NCBI GenBank assembly: GCA_043811375.1
Contig: JBDRNJ010000044.1
Span: forward strand, 1-64,000
Direction of reading: 5' to 3'
DNA from: a bacterium
Lineage (GTDB): Bacteria > Zixibacteria > MSB-5A5 > GN15 > FEB-12
DNA length: 64,000 nt
Below the pieces are notes generated by a model, which was not told the DNA's origin, made no database searches, and worked only from the letters and a program-made list of their open reading frames with translations. The translations under genes were made by a program, and so were the position numbers. This document shows, piece by piece, positions 1 to 9,710 of this stretch; position 1 is the first letter of the stretch; every line of letters starts with the position of its first letter.

Positions 1-1290
1 GGTAGTGCAAGGATTATTGTGTAAATTGAGTTATGTGGTTTTCCCTGAGTCTTTGGTTCAGTTCAATTACCTGAGTGTATACTATCCTTTCACAGCTTTG
101 TTCATCCCGAAAAGAGTCGATTAATCTGACTCTTCGTCGGATCTCTCGTAGTTGACGTTCAATGATGTTGTTGGTGCCGAGTTGTTCCCATTTCTCTTTG
201 GGTTGCGAGAAGAAGGTCAACGACAACTCGATGTCTTTAAGGAAGATATCAATCGCTCTGGGTTCTTTAGGATGCCAACGCCGGTGGAAAACTCGTAGTT
301 TCTTCAACGCCTGAGTTCTGGATTCGGCCTTGAAGATGTTTTTGGCCTGGGCGCAGATGGCCTTGCGGTGAGAGCGTTTCTTGAGATATTTGGTCAGATT
401 TCGCTGACGATGTACCCAGCAGAGTTGGATCGGCACATGACCATAGACAGTTCGGGCGGCATCAATCAACCCAGCCGCACCATCGGCCACGATCATTTGC
501 AGCTGTTTCCCTTCCAGACCACGCCGATAGAGACCTTCCAGAAGAGCCTGCCAGTGAATCGTCTTCTCGGAGGTGGCCACGCGAAAGTCAATGACCTCGC
601 GAGAACCGTCAGCATATTCGGCGACAGCGAACAGGACCACATACTTATTCTTGAAAGCACTGCGGATCGTCAGGTATATACCGTCAAGATATAGATAACG
701 AACATCGTCCCTCACCGGACGAGTTCGATACTGACGCAGATCACTACTAACCCGCTTGAGAATATCCGACACTGTCTGAGAACCAATAGCATACTGACCA
801 AAAAAGTCCGTGAAGAAACGCTCTACCCGACGGGTGGCCAATCCCAGGGCAAACAGCTTCAGAATATAGCTGTCGAAGCCACCTCCAAAACGCCTGTAAC
901 GCTCCAGAATGCCACTCCGGTAGGTTCCTGAACGACTCCGAGGGATCAGAACATCGGACAGTACCCCCAACTTCCAGATCACCTGGCGGGTATAGTAACC
1001 ATTGCGGTAATCACAACGTCTCTCACTACGCTGATAATGAGAAGCACCCACCAAATACTGCTGCTCGATCTTCAGACTCTCTTCTAACAAACGACGGCCA
1101 CAAAGGCGTAGCCGGCTCTCGAATTCATCCCAGAAAATACTCTTGACTTCGCTCCAGCGATAACGTAAATCTTTGTCTGTAAACCACAAGTTTACCACGG
1201 GTTTGACTCCTTTCATTTGGTTCGAAAGACTCAAAGTCAAACCCGTTGTTATTTCAATCTACCAATTTACACAACTTAGTTTACACTACC
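1..1290 (-). mobile_element. IS256-family insertion sequence, apparently complete
   Basis: Imperfect terminal inverted repeats: GGTAGTGCAAGGATTATTGTGTAAATTG at 1-28 and the reverse complement of 1263-1290 (GGTAGTGTAAACTAAGTTGTGTAAATTG). They flank a Mutator-type transposase. The left flank is outside the window, so the target duplication cannot be checked. Confidence 0.9.
14..1198 (-). CDS. IS256 (Mutator) family DDE transposase
   Basis: Motifs RNGYYxR, YLYLDG, IVADG, QLCWVH and TNNIIER. Likely start is GTG at 1198 after RBS AAAGGAG; the ORF extends to 1240. Confidence 0.92.
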   Translation of the reverse strand: MVNLWFTDKDLRYRWSEVKSIFWDEFESRLRLCGRRLLEESLKIEQQYLVGASHYQRSERRCDYRNGYYTRQVIWKLGVLSDVLIPRSRSGTYRSGILERYRRFGGGFDSYILKLFALGLATRRVERFFTDFFGQYAIGSQTVSDILKRVSSDLRQYRTRPVRDDVRYLYLDGIYLTIRSAFKNKYVVLFAVAEYADGSREVIDFRVATSEKTIHWQALLEGLYRRGLEGKQLQMIVADGAAGLIDAARTVYGHVPIQLCWVHRQRNLTKYLKKRSHRKAICAQAKNIFKAESRTQALKKLRVFHRRWHPKEPRAIDIFLKDIELSLTFFSQPKEKWEQLGTNNIIERQLREIRRRVRLIDSFRDEQSCERIVYTQVIELNQRLRENHITQFTQ

Positions 1291-1341
1291 ATGAGAATCT
1301 CAGCAGTATTTCATCACTCACAACGATTGGGAACAGGCTGC

Positions 1342-2274
1342 TCAGTCACGCCCGGAAGAAGCAACAATTACCCGTTTCCTTTTCCAGACAGGCGCCACTA
1401 CCTGACCTCTGCCGATCGCCTTTCTCAGAATAACAATGCCGACCACCAGCACCAGCAGTGTCGCCATGTAGGAGGCCTCGATTCCGTACTCACCGCCGGT
1501 GAGCCATACCGGTCCGTCGATAACCGGCTTTATCCAACCGTCCGCCGGTTTACCGGAGGTCGGGAGACCAAAAACCGTGGACTGGAAATAGTTCCAACTC
1601 ACATGGATGCCAAGCACCAGCCACACCCGACGGGTGTACATGTAGGCGGCAGCCAGCAATACCCCGGCCGATATCAACAATAGTAAGGTCGTCTCAACGG
1701 AAGCGTCGGGGTTCCCCATGTGCGCCAGGGCAAAGTAGACGGCTTGAATCATAATAGCCAACCAACTGCCCAGCAACTCTTCTGATAATTTGAATACAAT
1801 CAAGCGAAACAATAACTCTTCGGCGAAAGCAGCTATCCCCACGGCGGGCAGATTCATAACCAGTATCCAGCTGTCAGGGTTGAAGCTCTCGATTCGATAG
1901 TACCCCGGTACGCTTATGACGCCGACCATGAACGCCATCATACCGGCACCGATCAGAAATCCCACGCCGAGTTCCGGCAGGCTTCCCGGCGACGAAATCT
2001 CGAGTGCCGGTCGCTTCTCGATAACACGGCAGTACAAATGATAAGCCACCAGAAACAGCACAAACGCCACCAGCGGATCCAGAAGTGTCAGTACGGTACT
2101 CAGGGGCGGCTGAGACTCGGGCTGTAAAAATTGTTCCACCAGAACATGCCACAGTGTGGCCGGTGAAAGGAACAGGATAGCAATAATTATCCGCATCAGG
2201 GGGAATTGTGCTGTCCTGCCGATAATACTTTTCGGCTCTGCCCGTGTAAAAAGATGACCGCTTTCAACAATCAA
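1342..2274 (-). CDS. CPBP family intramembrane glutamic endopeptidase (Abi/CAAX protease-like)
   Basis: EELLFR, FALAH and HVSWN motifs with multiple TM helices. Start uncertain. Confidence 0.88.
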   Translation of the reverse strand: MIVESGHLFTRAEPKSIIGRTAQFPLMRIIIAILFLSPATLWHVLVEQFLQPESQPPLSTVLTLLDPLVAFVLFLVAYHLYCRVIEKRPALEISSPGSLPELGVGFLIGAGMMAFMVGVISVPGYYRIESFNPDSWILVMNLPAVGIAAFAEELLFRLIVFKLSEELLGSWLAIMIQAVYFALAHMGNPDASVETTLLLLISAGVLLAAAYMYTRRVWLVLGIHVSWNYFQSTVFGLPTSGKPADGWIKPVIDGPVWLTGGEYGIEASYMATLLVLVVGIVILRKAIGRGQVVAPVWKRKRVIVASSGRD

Positions 2275-2430
2275 GATTCTGTCCTGATTTCATAGCTTGC
2301 CTTTATTCTGTTAATTCATGCTGACTCTTCTAAGTTGACCGGCCAGCCGGACGAATGTTGCAGATTCACCGGTGCAGTCGGGCTACGGGTTTGGTGTACA
2401 AACGCTTCTCTAACCATTATTATGCAACTT

Positions 2431-3588
2431 ATGGCTCTTGGTATAAAGAAAATTTCGGTGGCGACAATCACCTTTTCTTCGATAGTGATCTGGATTGGGT
2501 TCTATGTCTGGCGGATAATGTTCAACAATTATGCTGTGGAAGTCTTCGACGCCTCACCGACCGGTGTCGGCCTGATCCAGTCCGTACGTGAGATTCCCGG
2601 CCTGCTGGCTTTCGGAGTCGGGTTGCTGGCACTCTGGCTGAATGAGTCCCGGATCGCTGCTCTGTCCATTATTGCCATGGGCCTGGGGTTGATAATCTGC
2701 GGGCTGTCACCGACTCTACTGATGCTGGGGCTGGCCACGGTGTTGATGTCTTTCGGGTTTCACTACTTTGAACCGACCAACTCGTCACAGTTGCTGCTCC
2801 TGAGTGATTCCAACGAACTGGGCAGGGCACAGGGCCGACTGTATTCCTTCGAATCAATGGCCGGCCTGGTTGCGGCCGGGCTCGTCCTGGTACTAACACT
2901 GTGGCTGAGTTTCCGCCAGACCTTTTACCTGATCGGTATCGTAATCACCATCATCGGCATATACCTGACAGTGGCGTTGCCGTCCAACCGGGCGGCATCG
3001 GAGCGACGCCGCATAAGAATCAAAAAACAATACTGGCTGTACTACACCCTGTCCTTTCTGCGCGGGTGTCGCAGACACATTTTCACGACCTTTGCTATCT
3101 TTCTATTAATCAGGAACCACGGTCTGGACATAACGGCGGTGGCGGCCGTGATGCTGGTCAACAACCTGATCACCATCTTCACCAACCGTCTGATCGGTTC
3201 CTTCAGTGACCGACTGGGGGAGAGGGTCGTTCTGGTTAGCTGCTCATTCCTGTTGGTGTTTATCTTCTGTGGCTACGCCTACATTAGCTACCTGCCGTTG
3301 CTGATCGGGCTCTACCTGGTCGACAATATCCTGTTCGGTTCGTCGATAGCACTGAAATCGTACCTGAGACGAATCTCGCCGCCTCAGGACCTCACCGGCT
3401 GCTTGTCGTTCGGAATGACGGCCAATCATGTAACAGCTATCTTTGTTCCGGTGATGGGTGGTGTGGCCTGGAGCCTGTTCGGTTATCAGGTAACCTTCAT
3501 CGCCGGTGCCGCAATTGTCCTGGTCGATATGCTGTTCGCACTGAAAGTACCCCGCAGGGGTCATGCCGTACACAGTGAGGTCCCGTGA
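2431..3588 (+). CDS. MFS transporter
   Basis: About 12 hydrophobic segments; REIPG and GSFSDRLGER (motif A-like). Start could be 2422 or 2431. Confidence 0.88.
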   Translation: MALGIKKISVATITFSSIVIWIGFYVWRIMFNNYAVEVFDASPTGVGLIQSVREIPGLLAFGVGLLALWLNESRIAALSIIAMGLGLIICGLSPTLLMLGLATVLMSFGFHYFEPTNSSQLLLLSDSNELGRAQGRLYSFESMAGLVAAGLVLVLTLWLSFRQTFYLIGIVITIIGIYLTVALPSNRAASERRRIRIKKQYWLYYTLSFLRGCRRHIFTTFAIFLLIRNHGLDITAVAAVMLVNNLITIFTNRLIGSFSDRLGERVVLVSCSFLLVFIFCGYAYISYLPLLIGLYLVDNILFGSSIALKSYLRRISPPQDLTGCLSFGMTANHVTAIFVPVMGGVAWSLFGYQVTFIAGAAIVLVDMLFALKVPRRGHAVHSEVP

Positions 3589-3996
3589 CTCATAAGATTT
3601 GGGGAATCCTATCCGGTAACGTAGAGGTTAACGAAACCTATGTTGGCGGCAAGAGGAAAGGCAAGCGTGGTCATGGTGCTGCTGGTAAATATATCGTACT
3701 GGGGATAGTTGAGCGGTTTGTCAATGAATTACGAACACAATGTGGTTCGTCATGCCAGGGAGTTCGTCTCTGGCAAGGATATTCACGTCAACACCGCCGA
3801 ATCATTCTTTGCTTTGCTCAAGTGGGGCATTCATGGTACTTTTCACCACATAGACAAGAAAACGGTGGATATGTATTGTGGAGAGTTCGGGTTTAGATTC
3901 AACACTCGTGCATTGACTGATTTGGAGAGATTCATACAAGCGGTAACGCATTGTGATGGTCGGTTGCGTTGGTATTTCAATGCAGCGAAAGCCTAA
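3585..3996 (+). pseudogene. IS1595-family (ISXO2-like) transposase remnant
   Basis: One frame reads VEVNETYVGGK...GKYIVLGIVER; another reads HVNTAESFFALLK...GTFHH...YCGEFGFRFN. The N-terminus and the middle of the DDE domain are missing, and the frame switches near 3711-3717. Confidence 0.85.
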
Positions 3997-4005
3997 GGGA
4001 GTACT

Positions 4006-4149
4006 ATGGGAAAGAACAATAAGACAGGTAAGTCAAAAAAGAAGGTGGGCAGGAAAGGCAAGCCGGTCAAAATTCCTGTGGATTTTGACAAGGCAATGGA
4101 TGGCTTTGTTTCTATCAATGAGGAGGACAAACATGAAAAGGAAAAGTAA
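4006..4149 (+). CDS. Small basic hypothetical protein (47 aa) downstream of the IS1595 transposase
   Basis: RBS-like AAGGGAG, then MGKNNKTGKSKKKVGRKGKPVKIPVDFDKAMDGFVSINEEDKHEKEK. Below the ORF-track cutoff. Confidence 0.5.
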   Translation: MGKNNKTGKSKKKVGRKGKPVKIPVDFDKAMDGFVSINEEDKHEKEK

Positions 4150-4732
4150 AAACCCTGAGGACTATGATAGTTATAAAAAGACACAAGAATTTGCGAGACA
4201 ATTTACGCCCAAGAAGAACATCAATTACAAGTGGGCGTACGAATATGCGCTGAAAACATTAATGAATGCCAGAGAGGCCACATTGAATCTTGAACACAAG
4301 GCTGAACGTATGATACATTTTCTTGCCCCCGGTACTGGAATTGTGACAGGCATATTAACACTTTGGTCATCAAGCAATGTGGGATTTCAATGGATCGTTC
4401 TCATTCCAGCAATTGTTGCCATTGGATGTCTTATTGCTGCTGTGACATTCGCATTCCGGGTACTGTTCCCAAGTGAATGGACATTGGGGCCACTTGTTAA
4501 AAACGCAGTGTTGGTCGCAGAACAATATCCTGACACTGAAACTATGGCAATGGGTTATCAAAGCACAGTCTTAGCAGCGTCCGTAACATGGATGTGCATT
4601 TTGATGGATTTAAAGGGACAGCAAGTAAAATATAGCTATCGTGCTCTTTTGACCGGGATGTTATTTGCAATAATATCAGTTATAATTAGTTATTTCTTTT
4701 TCTCTTTGTGGGGTCCAGCATCATTGGTATGA
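4133..4732 (+). CDS. Membrane protein, Pycsar-effector/DUF5706-like topology
   Basis: RBS GAGGAGG before ATG 4133. Helix-HKA, TM hairpin ending in LFP, soluble linker, K, then a C-terminal TM. Family call is by eye. Confidence 0.6.
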   Translation: MKRKSKNPEDYDSYKKTQEFARQFTPKKNINYKWAYEYALKTLMNAREATLNLEHKAERMIHFLAPGTGIVTGILTLWSSSNVGFQWIVLIPAIVAIGCLIAAVTFAFRVLFPSEWTLGPLVKNAVLVAEQYPDTETMAMGYQSTVLAASVTWMCILMDLKGQQVKYSYRALLTGMLFAIISVIISYFFFSLWGPASLV

Positions 4733-4836
4733 AGCTGCTGCTCTGTCAAATCAACTTCATTGTCAGGAGGAGGTTGTTTAAATACAATGGTTTGTTCAGT
4801 GCTTTGGCCTTGTTCTTCCTTGTCATTCTCGGTCAT
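4690..4836 (-). CDS. Small acidic hypothetical protein (48 aa)
   Basis: RBS-like AAGGGA, then MTENDKEEQGQSTEQTIVFKQPPPDNEVDLTEQQLHTNDAGPHKEKKK. Converges on and overlaps the 3' end of the membrane gene. Confidence 0.4.
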   Translation of the reverse strand: MTENDKEEQGQSTEQTIVFKQPPPDNEVDLTEQQLHTNDAGPHKEKKK

Positions 4837-5123
4837 AGCCAATCCCTTCGCTTACAGGTTCAGTCTTTGCGCATAAGTTAAGAGGTAATTTTGTGTGTGT
4901 CAAGTATACAATGCCCTAAGATTTTGTAGACAATTTCGCGGTACGATCATATCAATTGATCCTGCTGTGACGACTCTGTTTCGTCGCCGGAAGGGTTACT
5001 CATGACATGGGTTACGTACTCGAAAGTCACGGGTGTGAATTCGAAGTCAGCCAGCAGCAACTGGCCGGTTTTCTTAAACAAAATTAATGACGTCAGCTAG
5101 TCGGCACGACCAGCGATTTCCGT

Positions 5124-7739
5124 TCAAACCGCCGCCGGTACATGTTTTGGCTGTGGATCGACCTCTGCCGCCTTAACCTGGTGTCCGATCCAGCGCATCT
5201 TCTCCAGATCGAAATGATCAGCCATGTCCGCATGGCTGGGCAGAATTCGCACCGAATAGCCGAACAACCCGCTCTCATCGCAGGCGATATAGCCTTCGTA
5301 ACCGCAAGTACCTTCTCCGACAGCACCGCTGCAACTCATACTTTCGATATTGCAATTGGTCAGATTCTGTTCGGTATCGAGCGGGCCGCTGCAAATCTGC
5401 ACTACCACGTCCTCCGGCGACAACGCCCCCAGGTGAACCTCAGCTTCAACTTTCAGCGCCATGCCTACTTCGGCGTCCCGGTTGGATACACGGGCGCTGG
5501 TTATGCTTACGCGTTCCCAGTTGTCACTAATGAACCGCTTCCACTCAGCCAGTTTCCGCGTCCGCTCAAACTGGTTGTCCGACAGTCGTTCCCAATTCTC
5601 ATGGGCTTTCATGTAGAACTTCTCAGAGTACTGCCGCACCATCCGGTTGGTGCTGAAAGCCGGCCCCAGTTTGCGCATGGAACTCTTCATCTTGGCTATC
5701 CAGTGACGCGGCAGGCCGTCGCCGGTGCGATCATAGAACAATGGCACCACCTCATGTTCCAGGGTGTCATACAGCCCGGTACTCTCGACATCGTCCTGGT
5801 AATTCGGATCGTCATAGTCTTCGCCGGCGCCGATTGCCCAGCCGGTGTCGGCGTCATACCCTTCACACCACCAGCCGTCCAGAATGCTCAGGTTCAATCC
5901 GCCGTTGGGTATCACTTTCATGCCGCTGGTGCCGCTGGCCTCCATAGGCCGGCGCGGGGTGTTCATCCAGACGTCGACGCCTTCAACCAGGTAGCGGGCG
6001 ACGTTGATGTCATAGTTCTCCAGGAACACCATATGCCTGCGAACGTCATCCTGTCGCACAAAGTGAATCAATTCTCGGATGAGTTCCTTGCCGTGATTAT
6101 CACGAGGGTGAGCTTTGCCGGCAAAGATAAACTGAACCGGTCTTTGCGAATCCCCCAGCAGTCGTTTGAGCCGATCGATGTCCCTGAGTAGAAGAGTCGC
6201 TCTCTTGTAGGTGGCAAAACGACGGGCAAAGCCGACCGTCAGCGCCTCCGGGTTGAGTACTTCGTAGGCAATGTCGATTTCCCTGGCGCTGGCGCCCCGA
6301 CGTCGGAGTTGCTCGATCAGCCGCCGCCGAGTGAAGGCTACCAGTCTTTCCCGCCTTCGTTCGTGTACACGCCACAGTTCGACATCGGGGATGCGATCGA
6401 CCCGCTCCCATATCGACTGATCGGCTGGCTTCTTCAGCCAGTTCGGTCCCAGGTAGCGCAGCAATAAATCCGACATCTCGCTGGATGTCCAGGAACGGGT
6501 GTGGATGCCGTTGGTAACGTGATCGATAGGTATCTCTTCCGCGGGAACATCGGGCCATACGCCACGCCACATCTCGCGAGATACTTCCCCGTGCAGATGG
6601 CTGACTCCGTTGGCCGAAGCGGTTGTCCTCAGTGCCATCAGCGCCATGTTGAACGGCTCATTGCGAACCACCGGATTTCTTCTGCCCAGCGCCAGGAAGG
6701 AATTCTGGTCAATACCACTGTGCTGAAGAAAATGCCCAATGTACTTCTCTGCCAGTTCGGAATTGAATTCATCTATTCCGGCCGGCACCGGTGTGTGCGT
6801 GGTGAAGAAAGTACCCGCCTTGACCACTTCCAGCGCTTCCTGGGTGGAAAGGTTGTCTTTGGCTTTGCGGTGTCGTATCCGTTCCAGTGCCAGAAAAGCG
6901 GCATGGCCTTCATTCATGTGACAGACACGGACGTGCAGTCCCAGTTGACGCAATGCCCTCATGCCGCCGATGCCCAGGATCAGTTCCTGTTGAATGCGCA
7001 TTTCGCTGTTGCCGCCATAAAGCTGGTAAGTGATTTTGCGATCATTATAGTGATTTTCAGGGATGTTTGTGTCCATCAGGTAGAGAGGAATCCGCCCCAC
7101 CTGTGCCCGCCAGACACGCGCCCGAACCACGCGTTCCGGGAAAGGAACCTCCACCAGCACCGGATTACCGGCATCATCTGTTTCCAGTTGAATCGGTAGA
7201 TTATAGAAATCATTGTTGGGGTATGTCTCCTGTTGCCAGCCATCGGCATTGAGGTATTGCTGAAAATAACCCTGCTGATACAGCAACCCCACGCCTGCCA
7301 GCGGCAAGCCCAGTTCACTGGCCGATTTCAGGTGATCACCCGCCAGAATGCCCAGCCCCCCGGAGTAAATCGGCAGGCACTCGGTAAGACCGAACTCCAT
7401 CGAAAAATAAGCGATTTTAGGCGAGTCGAATTGCCCGTACTGACTCTCAAACCAGGTCCGGCCGGTCAGATGTTCCCGAAGAGCCCGGTGTACTCTCTGC
7501 ATCTGGTCCATGAATCCTTCATCGCGGACTGCCTGGGCCAGCTTGTCCTGCTTGATCACACCTAACATTTTCACCGGATTGTGATTGGTGGAGTTCCACA
7601 GGTCCCGATCCAACCTCCGAAACAGGTTGATTGTCTCGTGATTCCAACTCCAATGGAGGTTAAAAGCCAGTTCCTCGAGGAATTTCAATTCCTCAGGCAG
7701 CGTAGCCTGAACCCGGAAGGTATCAAATGATTTCGGCAT
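5124..7739 (-). CDS. glgP: Alpha-glucan (glycogen/maltodextrin) phosphorylase
   Basis: YSGGLGILAGDHLKSAS, GFARRFATYKR and the PLP-site motif EASGTSGMK. Confidence 0.97.
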   Translation of the reverse strand: MPKSFDTFRVQATLPEELKFLEELAFNLHWSWNHETINLFRRLDRDLWNSTNHNPVKMLGVIKQDKLAQAVRDEGFMDQMQRVHRALREHLTGRTWFESQYGQFDSPKIAYFSMEFGLTECLPIYSGGLGILAGDHLKSASELGLPLAGVGLLYQQGYFQQYLNADGWQQETYPNNDFYNLPIQLETDDAGNPVLVEVPFPERVVRARVWRAQVGRIPLYLMDTNIPENHYNDRKITYQLYGGNSEMRIQQELILGIGGMRALRQLGLHVRVCHMNEGHAAFLALERIRHRKAKDNLSTQEALEVVKAGTFFTTHTPVPAGIDEFNSELAEKYIGHFLQHSGIDQNSFLALGRRNPVVRNEPFNMALMALRTTASANGVSHLHGEVSREMWRGVWPDVPAEEIPIDHVTNGIHTRSWTSSEMSDLLLRYLGPNWLKKPADQSIWERVDRIPDVELWRVHERRRERLVAFTRRRLIEQLRRRGASAREIDIAYEVLNPEALTVGFARRFATYKRATLLLRDIDRLKRLLGDSQRPVQFIFAGKAHPRDNHGKELIRELIHFVRQDDVRRHMVFLENYDINVARYLVEGVDVWMNTPRRPMEASGTSGMKVIPNGGLNLSILDGWWCEGYDADTGWAIGAGEDYDDPNYQDDVESTGLYDTLEHEVVPLFYDRTGDGLPRHWIAKMKSSMRKLGPAFSTNRMVRQYSEKFYMKAHENWERLSDNQFERTRKLAEWKRFISDNWERVSITSARVSNRDAEVGMALKVEAEVHLGALSPEDVVVQICSGPLDTEQNLTNCNIESMSCSGAVGEGTCGYEGYIACDESGLFGYSVRILPSHADMADHFDLEKMRWIGHQVKAAEVDPQPKHVPAAV

Positions 7740-7750
7740 TAGTGGCTCCT

Positions 7751-7791
7751 AAAAAAACCGAGCCCGATCGAACAGTTATGATCGGACTCGG
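7751..7791 (-). terminator. Intrinsic terminator between pckA and glgP
   Basis: Minus strand reads CCGAGTCCGATC-loop-GATCGGGCTCGG followed by T7. Confidence 0.75.
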
Positions 7792-7806
7792 ATAATGGCT
7801 GGTCGT

Positions 7807-9417
7807 TTATACCAGGGCAGTCGGCCTGGGTCCGGCACTCTTCACTTTCTCGGGTGTCTGATCCTCAAACTGCCGGAAGTTCTCCGTGAAAAGGCACGCC
7901 AGATGTTCTGCCTTCTTGTCGTATGCTTCCTTGTCGGACCAGGTGTTGCGCGGATTGAGAATATCCTGCGGAACTCCGGGACACGAGGTCGGTACCTGGA
8001 CGCCGAAGACCGGGTCCTCTTTGAAGTCGACCTTGTTGAGGGAACCGTCTAAGGTGGCATTGAGAAGTGCCCGCGTATGCTTGATGCTGATACGTTCACC
8101 GACTCCGTACGGTCCGCCGCTCCAGCCGGTATTCACCAGCCAGCAGTTGACCTTGTGTTGCCGAATCCGGTCAGCCAGCAGTTCGGCGTAGCGGGAAGGA
8201 TGCAGTACCATGAAAGGCGCCCCAAAGCAGGCTGAGAAAGTCGCTGTCGGCTCGGTCACTCCGGATTCGGTGCCGGCTACTTTGGCCGTGTAACCGGAAA
8301 TGAAGTGATACATCGCCTGTTCCGGCGTCAACCGTGAGATCGGCGGCAGTACGCCAAAAGCATCAGCCGTCAGCATAATCACGTTCTGCGGGTGTCCGGC
8401 CTTGCCTTCTCTTACTACATTGGGGATGTGCCGCAACGGATAGGCAGCGCGGGTGTTCTCAGTCAGAGAATCGTCGTTTAAGTCGAGTCGACGTGTTACC
8501 GGGTCGAAACCGACGTTTTCAAGTAAGGTGCCGAAGCGGCGGGTGGTACTGTATATTTCCGGCTCCGATTCAGGGGAGAGGTTGATGACCTTGGCGTAAC
8601 AGCCACCCTCAAAATTAAACACCCCGTCCGGGCTCCAGCCATGTTCGTCGTCGCCGATCAACTGCCGATGAGGATCCGCTGACAGTGTCGTTTTTCCGGT
8701 GCCCGACAGGCCAAAGAAGAGAGCCACGTCGCCCTTCTGGCCGACGTTGGCGCTACAGTGCATGGAAAGCACGTTTTCCTGGGGCAACAGGTAGTTAAGC
8801 ACGGTAAAGATCGACTTCTTGATTTCGCCGCCATAGGCAGTACCGCCGATCAGGACAATTTTACGGCCCAGGTTGAGCAATATGAAGGCTTCGGAATGAG
8901 TGCCGTCCAGTTCCGGGATGGCCTGGAAATTGGGAACATGCAGAATTGTGAACTCCGGCACATGATTCTCCAGTTCTTCCCAGCGAGTCTGAAGGAACAT
9001 GGTACGCGCGAATAGATTGTGCCAGGCGGTTTCCGTGACGACACGGACGGGCAGACGGTATTTGGGGTCCCAGCCAGCGACACAGTCCTGCACGTAAAGA
9101 TTTCTGCCCTGAAGGTACGCCTGCAGGCGCCGGAACATCATATCGAATTTTTCCTGGGCAAATGGCTTGTTGACCTTACCCCACCAGACATTGTCCTGTG
9201 AATCGGGTTCCTTAACGATGAACTTGTCCTTGGCGGCCCGCCCGGTGTGCAGGCCGGTACGGACAACAATCGGCCCCAGGTGAGCCATCATGCCCTCACC
9301 GTTACGGATGATTTCCTCGTACAACGTGGGTGTGTTGTAGTTCCAGTGGACCGTCCCGGTATTGGTAATACCGTGGTTCTCAAGCCCGTAATTGCTGATC
9401 AGACGTTTTACCGACAT
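7807..9417 (-). CDS. pckA: Phosphoenolpyruvate carboxykinase (ATP)
   Basis: YGGEIKK, MHCSAN, GLSGTGKTTLS, IGDDEHGW, FNFEGGCYAK and ENTRAAYP. Confidence 0.98.
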   Translation of the reverse strand: MSVKRLISNYGLENHGITNTGTVHWNYNTPTLYEEIIRNGEGMMAHLGPIVVRTGLHTGRAAKDKFIVKEPDSQDNVWWGKVNKPFAQEKFDMMFRRLQAYLQGRNLYVQDCVAGWDPKYRLPVRVVTETAWHNLFARTMFLQTRWEELENHVPEFTILHVPNFQAIPELDGTHSEAFILLNLGRKIVLIGGTAYGGEIKKSIFTVLNYLLPQENVLSMHCSANVGQKGDVALFFGLSGTGKTTLSADPHRQLIGDDEHGWSPDGVFNFEGGCYAKVINLSPESEPEIYSTTRRFGTLLENVGFDPVTRRLDLNDDSLTENTRAAYPLRHIPNVVREGKAGHPQNVIMLTADAFGVLPPISRLTPEQAMYHFISGYTAKVAGTESGVTEPTATFSACFGAPFMVLHPSRYAELLADRIRQHKVNCWLVNTGWSGGPYGVGERISIKHTRALLNATLDGSLNKVDFKEDPVFGVQVPTSCPGVPQDILNPRNTWSDKEAYDKKAEHLACLFTENFRQFEDQTPEKVKSAGPRPTALV

Positions 9418-9440
9418 GTTTGTTCTCCTGTTCCGGCAGG

Positions 9441-9490
9441 TTGCCTAAATGAATATAGTTCCTAATTGCCCAAATGAATATAGTTTCTAA
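9441..9490. repeat. Tandem 25-bp direct repeat in the divergent pckA/fba intergenic region
   Basis: TTGCCTAAATGAATATAGTTCCTAA followed by TTGCCCAAATGAATATAGTTTCTAA (2 mismatches). Confidence 0.85.
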
Positions 9491-9710
9491 CTAAGAATAA
9501 TATCGGCACTAACGAAGAACAATTCATAAATCGCCATTTGCCGGAACTGAGTTGGTTTCAGGTTTGGCTCCAGTACAGTCAGCCGGCATACCGCCCCGGG
9601 GCCTTAGGTATCGGCCAACGGTGCCGATAACCTATTATGGTGTTAAATCAAGAGATTGGCAGCAATAGTGTCAACCGAAAACAGTTAGTCCACCAAGCGC
9701 GGGAGTAGTC

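Larger units (their letters stand above)
3590..4915 (+). mobile_element. Decayed IS1595-family element with passenger ORFs
   Basis: AT-rich island holding transposase fragments and cargo ORFs. It ends at an IS1595-like terminal repeat, GTGTGTCAAGTATACAATGCC (4895-4915). Left end not found. Confidence 0.7.

Noticed and set aside
3953..4132. N-terminal extension of ORF 3953..4732
   Set aside because: It overlaps the transposase remnant and a better small ORF. The strong RBS points to ATG 4133.
4960..5120. Series of small hairpins between the IS1595 end and the glgP stop, possible ncRNA or riboswitch
   Set aside because: No riboswitch consensus recognised and no gene positioned to be controlled. 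An Rfam/Infernal search would be needed.
5142..7199. Long antisense ORFs opposite glgP (similar ones lie opposite pyrG at 59253-60428 and at 37035-37964)
   Set aside because: Shadow ORFs caused by codon bias of the sense genes; no motifs or RBS.
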